Source of the DNA: Octopus bimaculoides | Lineage: Eukaryota | Direction of reading: 5' to 3' | DNA: 56,118 nucleotides | Assembly: GCF_001194135.2 (NCBI RefSeq) | Contig: NC_068981.1 | Coordinates: 73,588,178-73,644,295, forward strand | Shown: one piece after another, positions 50,155-56,118 of the stretch | Numbering within the stretch: the first letter of the stretch is position 1 | How the letters are laid out: each line of letters opens with the position of its first letter | Position numbers and translations under genes: made by a program | The notes under the pieces: model-generated | What the model saw: only the letters and a program-made list of their open reading frames with translations | Told to the model about the DNA's origin: nothing | Database searches by the model: none

Positions 50155-51044
50155 CAGGCTTGGCCAAAATTATGGAGCAAGTATGAAAAAACAAATAGAG
50201 AAAATGATTGAAACTTATATACTTAATAATTGAAAATAGTATAACAAACATTCTAGAGTCCATCCCATCAATAATTTGGATTTGATGTGTCCTCTTTTTG
50301 CTTTTATAACTGCTTTTACTAATTTTGCATACTTGAGACTAAGTTGGCACAAGTGGTTGGGTCAATTTTCTGCCACTCTTCATGCATTTTGGCTTCTAAT
50401 TCGCTTCTCATGTTCACCTTAGACAGCAACGGCCCAGCTTATAGTAACCTTCTTCTCACTGTGCAAGTTGATATATCCTTGTTTTGTTACCTCACGAAAC
50501 TCAGCAGCTACGTCAAAATAGGTCTTTTCCCTATCCACTAGAAATGTCCTCTTCAGCATCCTGTCTTCCCTCATGTTTGTACACTGTTGCGAACTCGTCC
50601 GTTGCAGTTTTTGAAAGAATTGGTCTCATTTTAGCTTTTGATGGACACCTTTTTTCGAGTATTTCAATTTTGTTGCAATTTCAACTTGGAGAATCCTTCA
50701 CCGGATAATGCAAAGATCTAAGCCTCTTGAGCTTCAGGAATCTATTTCTTTCATCACATTTTCAATTATAATAATTGATAAGTAATCAATAAGTTATTCA
50801 CCGGAAGAACAGTGGCACAAAATGAGTGGCAGAAAATTGGCCCAGCCACTTGCACCAACCTAGTCTCAAGTATGCAAAACGCATAAAAGCGGTTATAAAG
50901 GCAAAGGGGGAACTCACTAAATGCTAATTATTGATGGGATAGACTCTGGAATGTTTATTATGTTGTTTTCAGTTATTATAGAAATGAGTTTCAATCATAT
51001 TCTCTGTTTTTTTCATACCTGCTCCATAACTTTGGCCAAGGCTG
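50155..51044 (-). mobile_element. Non-autonomous Tc1-family element (890 bp) with TA TSD and ~220-bp inverted arms
   Basis: TA|CAGGCTTGGCCAAA...TTTGGCCAAGGCTG|TA. Internal reverse-complement peptides REDRMLKR...DREKT..DVAAEF...STCTVRRRLL fused to EEWQKIDP.TCANLVSSM...KAVIKAK.GH. Confidence 0.92.
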
Positions 51045-51647
51045 TATATATATGTTTGTGTGTGTGTGTGCGTGTGCGCGCGTGTGTGTATGTGTGCGTG
51101 TCTGTGTGTGTGTATAACATTTTATAAGCTTATAAGCGATCACCCTGAAATGAGTAAAGAAAATAGTTTAATTATGGGGCTTATAAGCCCTCGACGGAAA
51201 AAAAGTAGGATTTCCCGAACGTAGGAAGCAAATCATTTGTGCAGGTCTTCGGCAAAATAGCTGAACGCTCATGCGTCGTCTTCGAGTTTATCATAAATTG
51301 GTGGCTTTATCTGTGCATTTGAGAAAGTGAGTGAGGATCGTTTGAAGCATTGAAATGTATTTAAGAACCTCCTCAAATGCATATGAAACAATAAATAATA
51401 ATTTCAAACACAAATGAAATTTTAAATAATGTGTTTAGATATGAAGTACATAATAAATTTTATCAGATTTGTTGACTGACCCAAACCATAAGGAAAATTG
51501 TGATTAACGTACCTTTTTATAAAGTGGGTCGACTTATTATATTTCGGGAGAAAGATTCTGATTATTGAAAAATAGCAAGAATAGAAGTAGATGACGTTTA
51601 TGCTTCCAATATGTAGGAAAATGAGTGCAATATGCACACTGCACCAA

Positions 51648-51876
51648 TATTCTTTTATACTTTTACTTGTTTCAGTCAAGTGATTGCGGCCATGCTAGAG
51701 CACGGTCTTGAAGGGTTTTAGTCGAACAAATTGACACAGGACTTATTTCTTAAGCCTAGTAGTTATCCTATCGGTTACTTTTGGCGAACTGATATGTTAC
51801 AGGGACGTAAACATACCAACATCAGGTGTCAAGCGATGAAGGGGCGACAACCATAGAGACAAAGGCACACACATAG

Positions 51877-51910
<34 letters not shown>

Positions 51911-52078
51911 GGCAGGCTTCTTTCAGTTTCCCCTCTACCAAATCCACTTACAAGACATTAATCGACCCGAGGCTACAATAAAAAACACTTGTCCAAGGTG
52001 CCACGCTGTAGGACTGAACATGGACTCATGTGGTTGGGAAATAAGTTTCTTCTTACCACGCAGTCACGCTTGCGCCTA
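51648..52078 (-). mobile_element. SINE family B, full length, diverged
   Basis: ttttacttgtttcagtca tail, internal (TA)n, ccaaggtgccacgc..ggactgaac head ending cttgcgccta. Confidence 0.9.
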
Positions 52079-52429
52079 TAGGAAGGTTTTCCTTATTCTC
52101 TTCTTCTCATGAAACACAGAGAAGGAATGTGATTACATTTTCCCCCACACAGCTAAAACGTTGTAATATTTAAACTTCTCTCTGTTTTTCTGATTAATGC
52201 TGTATTGTGCATAAGTACAAAGACATGCTATGATATTTGTTTATTTTTATAATAGACTTCACGTCGTAATATATGCACTTTTCTTGCTAAATAACGAAGA
52301 AATGGTTATTACTACATAACACTAGAAAGACCTCAGTATACTTGTTTGCTTTCTCGATTAACTTTTACTATATCTCAATATACGCTAACTGTCGGAAGGC
52401 TTAAGAGAAGAATAAATATTTTCTTATTC

Positions 52430-52580
52430 TTTTTTGTCTTTCTCTTGATTCATTTACTCAACTGCGGTCCTACTGAAGCACAACTTCAAGGTTTATAGTC
52501 AAACAAATCAACCTAGTAGTTGCTTTTTGTCGGCTATATAACTAGAGGATCCAACAGCAGTTGTTTTGCTAAGCGGTGAG
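52430..52580 (-). mobile_element. Degenerate SINE family B tail
   Basis: actgcggtcctactgaagcacaacttcaagg..tagtcaaacaaatcaacc resembles the reverse complement of the family B tail. Confidence 0.5.
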
Positions 52581-52660
52581 GTAGACTCAATAAAGTGCTC
52601 ACACACATACATACATCCAGACACGTGTTTTTCTCTCTCCGTTGTTTTCTTTCCTCATTC

Positions 52661-52696
52661 CTTTCTGTAGAAGAGCGTAGGCTCGAAATGTCAAAG
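52661..52696 (+). ncRNA. Minimal hammerhead-like motif, variant core CTGTAGA
   Basis: Stem I CTTT/AAAG; extra A; stem II GAGC-GTAG-GCTC; GAAATGTC. Homolog of 12348-85. Confidence 0.6.
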
Positions 52697-52982
52697 ACTT
52701 CGATTTTCCATTTCCAGAGTTTCCGTCTATCACATTCAAATCATTGTTTGACATCGTTCGACATTGTTCGGTGGGGCTACAGTTAAAAGGCAGCAGCCTA
52801 AAGTGCAACTCATGGAACTAAATCCGAAACTACGTGGTTGTGAAGAGAACTTCTTAAACGTACAACTCCACCTTACACCTTACCTCTTAATCACTACAAC
52901 CCACCACAACCACCACCACCACCACCGCCATCACGACCAAGGCTGCTCTGATCTGCATTGGTAGTAGCTGTCAAGGGAATCA

Positions 52983-53019
<37 letters not shown>

Positions 53020-53519
53020 TACAAACATATACGCACACACGTACGCTTCGTATGTATTTTGCAATTATATGGTGAGAAAATAAATATTACACTATAATAT
53101 TATTTCTTCAGAAATATAATTAGGATTGTTCGCTTCAACAGTTTTTATATATTAGTACATTGTAAATAATAATCTTACATGCCTTGGGGCAGTGAGTTTA
53201 AGTTTTTATTTCTCTACAAAGTTATTGATTAAAATTCATATTGAATATTCAATAGGATTTTGTTATTATAGAATATATGCAATAATGATTGAAGAAATCT
53301 GTAATTACTGATTCTCGTGTACAGCTTGTGGTCAAATAACAATAATTAAAATCTATGTTCTGTGTTTTCAGGATATTACTGAATAATTCTCCTGTGGAGT
53401 TGTTTAACTAAGCAGATCATTGTGTATGCGCGCGCGTCTTTTTGATAGTCTTTCATTGATTAACACATGCATTTGCGCGCGCATACACACATGCACGTAT
53501 TGATAGATGTACATAAAAT

Positions 53520-53670
53520 GATCTTCCGTGCAGTTTCCGTCAACCATAAATTCATTTAAAAGGCATTGGCGAAACCCAGTGCTTATTTTAGAAGTCACTT
53601 GCGTAAAGTGTAGTACCGCGCAATGGACTGTGTCGTTTGGTTGCAAACTGAACTTCCCAGCTATACTTCC
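53520..53670 (-). mobile_element. Degenerate family B-like SINE head
   Basis: cagtttccgtcaacc..aaattcatt..aaggcattgg...tagaagtcacttgc. Confidence 0.55.
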
Positions 53671-53704
53671 ATGCCTGCTCATTTTTTCTTTCCTCTTTTC
53701 TTTA

Positions 53705-53735
<31 letters not shown>

Positions 53736-53779
53736 TTTTCTTTCTTTCTCCACACACATACACACACACATAGCTCCAG

Positions 53780-54640
53780 GTCGAGGGTTGAGCCCATGGT
53801 GTAGCATCGCCACTGCCTGTGTGATCGTAATGCTTCCACTATAGAAAACTTCATCTGAATGAAGGAGTTTAATGCTACCTCCCTCAGTTGCGCTTTTTCT
53901 CATGCTGTTGATCTGTCTCGAACTGAAGATAGTAAAGTATCCAGGTACTTCTTCAATACATTTACATCCATTCCACATAGCTGTCTCAATTTCTTTGGCA
54001 GGATATTGGAAAGGTATGGCCATTTGAATCGCAGACTACGACCTTGATTTTCGATAGGAAGGATTGGACTTTCCCAGCTATACAGTGGTGAATATTTGGA
54101 GTATTAGTATAGTTCTAAATACTGAAGTTTGGTGCGCTCTTCAATTATTTCTCATGTGTAGATTACTGGATATCTTTCCCATCGTATCTCCAGAGAATAT
54201 TTGTAGCGTTTTAAACCTCTTATAGTGGTTTCGATGTTACGCTGATGTGATTTTCTTTGTTATGCATTGTTAGATTGCTTCAACATCTGCTATTAATTTC
54301 GTCTTTTTGGACACTATAATTGGAAACCAGTACATGAGACGACTGAGTACAAACGGTCTCCACATAAGATGCAAGGTTCTCCACTCCCTCGTACTCAAAG
54401 ATTTCAGGATCCATCTCGCCAATCTTTTGCACATCGATAACATCTTAATAACATGTGCATGAGAAGGTGCATCATATTTATCATTAGATCGCGTACTAAT
54501 CGTGATTCTGGAACTGCAATCCTTCCACACCCTGTGTATCCCGGACGTGGAATGTTTGTGAGCTGATAGATAGCAAAGAGCTTAACATTTTCCAGCATTA
54601 AATTGCATGGTTTTTACTTCAACCCACTTGATTGAATTAA
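53780..54640 (-). mobile_element. Decayed CR1/L2-group LINE 3' (post-YADD) fragment
   Basis: Reverse complement: MQFNAGKC; RWIL..LSTRE..TLHLMW..FVLSRL.YW......KLIADVEAI; a later segment resembling LP..LR...FK..LD..L. Confidence 0.75.
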
Positions 54641-54852
54641 CGTCTCACTGTGAGTTTGCGTCATTGCGAAGGTTATCATGTGTCTCAGCTACTTTTGCAC
54701 CATTAACATAACTAATGAAAGTCGCGTTGCTGTATGTATAATTGAAACTATGGCTCAGAGATCTACTACTAACAGTAATGATCCCAGCATAGTTCCTTGC
54801 AGGATTCCGTTCAAAGTCGGTGTTTCCTCTCAAAGAGCAAGCACTTTTGCAA

Positions 54853-54899
<47 letters not shown>

Positions 54900-54983
54900 T
54901 GTTTGCATGTATGCATGTATGCATATATGTGTCTGTATAATATATATGTTTGTATGCGCATATTTACCAAGATATATATGATA

Positions 54984-55257
54984 GACTCACCCTTCGAAGG
55001 CGACGTTCAGATTTCTGGCCAAATGACCTGCACAAATGATTTGTTTATAGAGAACAAATGTACATGCTGCACATTAGCTTCACTCTCTCCATCAAATCGA
55101 CGTTGCCTGAACAGCTGCACGGTGTACCACGCGTCAGATGCCAAAGTGATCGCAGAGCAAAGCGAGATGAACTGTTTTGCTCAAGAACACAAAGCATCAT
55201 TCGGTCTAGTAATTGAAATCACGATCACAAGAGCAACACTCTAACCACTAGGCCGTG

Positions 55258-55258
<1 letters not shown>
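54984..55258 (-). mobile_element. Diverged SINE related to family D
   Basis: ttttgctcaagaacacaa...cggtctag.aattgaaatcacgatc...ctctaaccactaggcc matches the reverse complement of a D-type head. Confidence 0.7.
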
Positions 55259-55294
<36 letters not shown>

Positions 55295-55616
55295 GCACAC
55301 ATATATGCATATATGTAGCGTACAATAACTACTCACCATAAACAAAACCCATTATCGATTCTACGTAAGCTTATTTTCAGATAGTAGGTTCATGTTAATA
55401 TATATTCTTAGTCCTCTTTTTCTTTCATTCTGTTACTGGTTTCATTTGTTCCGTTGTCCTAATCCCTTCACCCACAGTTAAGAAACTGCTGCTACTGACA
55501 TGCAGTGTGTCACAAACAATTCCAGTGGCTGGAGAGTCGCGAGCGTTCAGCTTCAGCTTTGTAATCATTTATCATTGATGTTGTCTCGTGTCTGAACTGC
55601 TCTGTTCTTGTCGTGT

Positions 55617-55628
55617 GAGTAGTAGTCA

Positions 55629-55679
<51 letters not shown>

Positions 55680-55872
55680 CAGTAGAAGCAGTAGTAGTAG
55701 TAGCAGCAGCAGCAGTAGTAGTAGTAGTAGTAGTAGTAGCAGCAACAGTAGCAACAGCAGCAACAGCAGCAGCGGTAGCAGCAGCAGCAGCGGTAGTAGT
55801 AGTAGTAGTGGTGGTAGTAGTAGTAGTAGTAGTGGTGGTGGTGGTGGTGGTGGTGGTGGTAGTAGTAGTAGT
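55617..55872. repeat. Compound trinucleotide repeat (AGT)n/(AGC)n/(GGT)n
   Basis: Direct reading. Confidence 0.95.
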
Positions 55873-56118
55873 TGGTGTTTATCCCTTATGTCAAGTCTGA
55901 CTGTGGATCCCTATATTCAAAGGTATTTCAGTTATGACCATCTCTATTCAGAGAAATACAAGTCTAAGTTATCCAATGTTCCAGAATACCTAATTCCTTT
56001 CCCAAGATGTAATTTCACACAACTATGGTCAAATACGTTCCCAGTGTAACCAACTCATCTATGTGTATATAAGAAATTGCAACCGCTATATATAGCTGTA
56101 GATATATATATATATATA

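Noticed and set aside
55588-56049. 153-aa Ser/Gly-rich ORF
   Set aside because: It is driven by the trinucleotide repeat, starts at GTG and has no domain or splice support.

Overview
This is an AT-rich, repeat-saturated animal genomic window, with eight N-gaps that mostly sit next to microsatellites. The SINE repertoire resembles the tRNA-derived SINEs of Octopus, so an octopod short-read assembly is likely (inference, not database-checked). No intact host gene, rRNA, true tRNA or CRISPR array is supported, and most ORF-track entries are microsatellite or N-gap artefacts. The supported content is: at least four tRNA-headed SINE families (about 25 loci, several with target-site duplications); six decayed Penelope-like element (PLE) fragments; two CR1/L2-type LINE fragments; possible RTE and Tx1 scraps; two Tc1-family relics; and a MITE. 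The most notable signal is a set of short modules next to (TA)n tracts that fold into minimal type I hammerhead ribozymes with palindromic stem III. One (2681-2772) has a fully canonical core, and two share an unusual U6 core variant. Other notable items are a reconstructed DD35E Tc1 transposase, a Tc1 derivative whose two ends are both copies of the 3' end, and a SINE dimer that moved as a unit.
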